DNA of 64,000 bases, taken from the NCBI GenBank assembly GCA_951406725.2, contig OX597840.1, positions 6,696,001 to 6,760,000 on the forward strand. Reading direction: 5' to 3'. The notes beneath the pieces were generated by a model. The model worked only from the letters and a program-made list of their open reading frames with translations. It ran no database searches and was not told the origin of the DNA. The DNA comes from Octopus vulgaris. Its lineage: Eukaryota. The stretch's first letter is position 1. Each line of letters starts with the position of its first letter. Positions 63,513-64,000 of this stretch are shown in pieces. The position numbers and the translations under genes were made by a program.

Positions 63513-63675
63513 GACAGGCTTCTTTCAGTTTCCGTCTACCAAATCCACTCACAAGGCATTGGTCGGCCCGGGGCTATAGCAGAAGACACTTGCCCAAGAT
63601 GCCACGCAGTGGGACTGAACCCGGAACAATGTGGTTGGTTAGCAAGCTACTTACCACAGAGCCACTCCTGCGCCT
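62952..63675. mobile_element. Tail-to-tail SINE family A pair (62952-63213 +, 63280-63675 -)
   Basis: Both match family A. Confidence 0.9.
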
Positions 63676-64000
63676 ATTTATAAATATGTATGTATAATAA
63701 ATAGATACACACACACACACACACATACATACATTTACACATTCACACACGCGCGCTCGCGCCTTTCATTTGCAGATATCTACTTGTGCATCAGAAGATA
63801 TATGTAGAGATACGCCTCACCATCGCCCTCCACTATTACCACCACCGCCACCACCAACAACAACAACAACAACACCATCATCCATCATGGCACCTCTACC
63901 GATGACAACGCCACTAGCTTCAGCATCACCGCCATTACCAATATCACCACCGCCACCACGACTACCATTTTGAATTGTCATTTCTGCTTCTGAAATATTT

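Overview
AT-rich, microsatellite-saturated animal DNA, most likely an octopus (coleoid cephalopod) intergenic/intronic region, judged from the SINE families and (TA)n/(TATG)n/(TAA)n density. I find no intact protein-coding gene: nearly all ORF-track entries are translated microsatellites. Recognisable coding remnants are a Penelope-like reverse transcriptase (~715-1735), a LINE 3' end (~16495-16715) and a mariner transposase (~40188-40690). The rest is several tRNA-derived SINE families, non-autonomous Helitrons (including a tandem array), a Helentron-like element and hAT/Tigger MITEs. A possible non-coding exon ends at a consensus donor at 32897. Two patterns stand out. (1) Many short non-coding elements carry minimal type I hammerhead-ribozyme (HHR) folds, often with an inverted partial copy; several have family-specific non-canonical cores (GUGANCA = swapped 3-8 pair, CUGUNGA, CCGANGA), and one combines a tRNA-like head with an HHR tail. 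(2) Fold-back inverted duplications centred on (TA)n recur at different ages, from ~150 bp to ~1.5 kb. All calls were made by eye; coordinates of degenerate elements are approximate.
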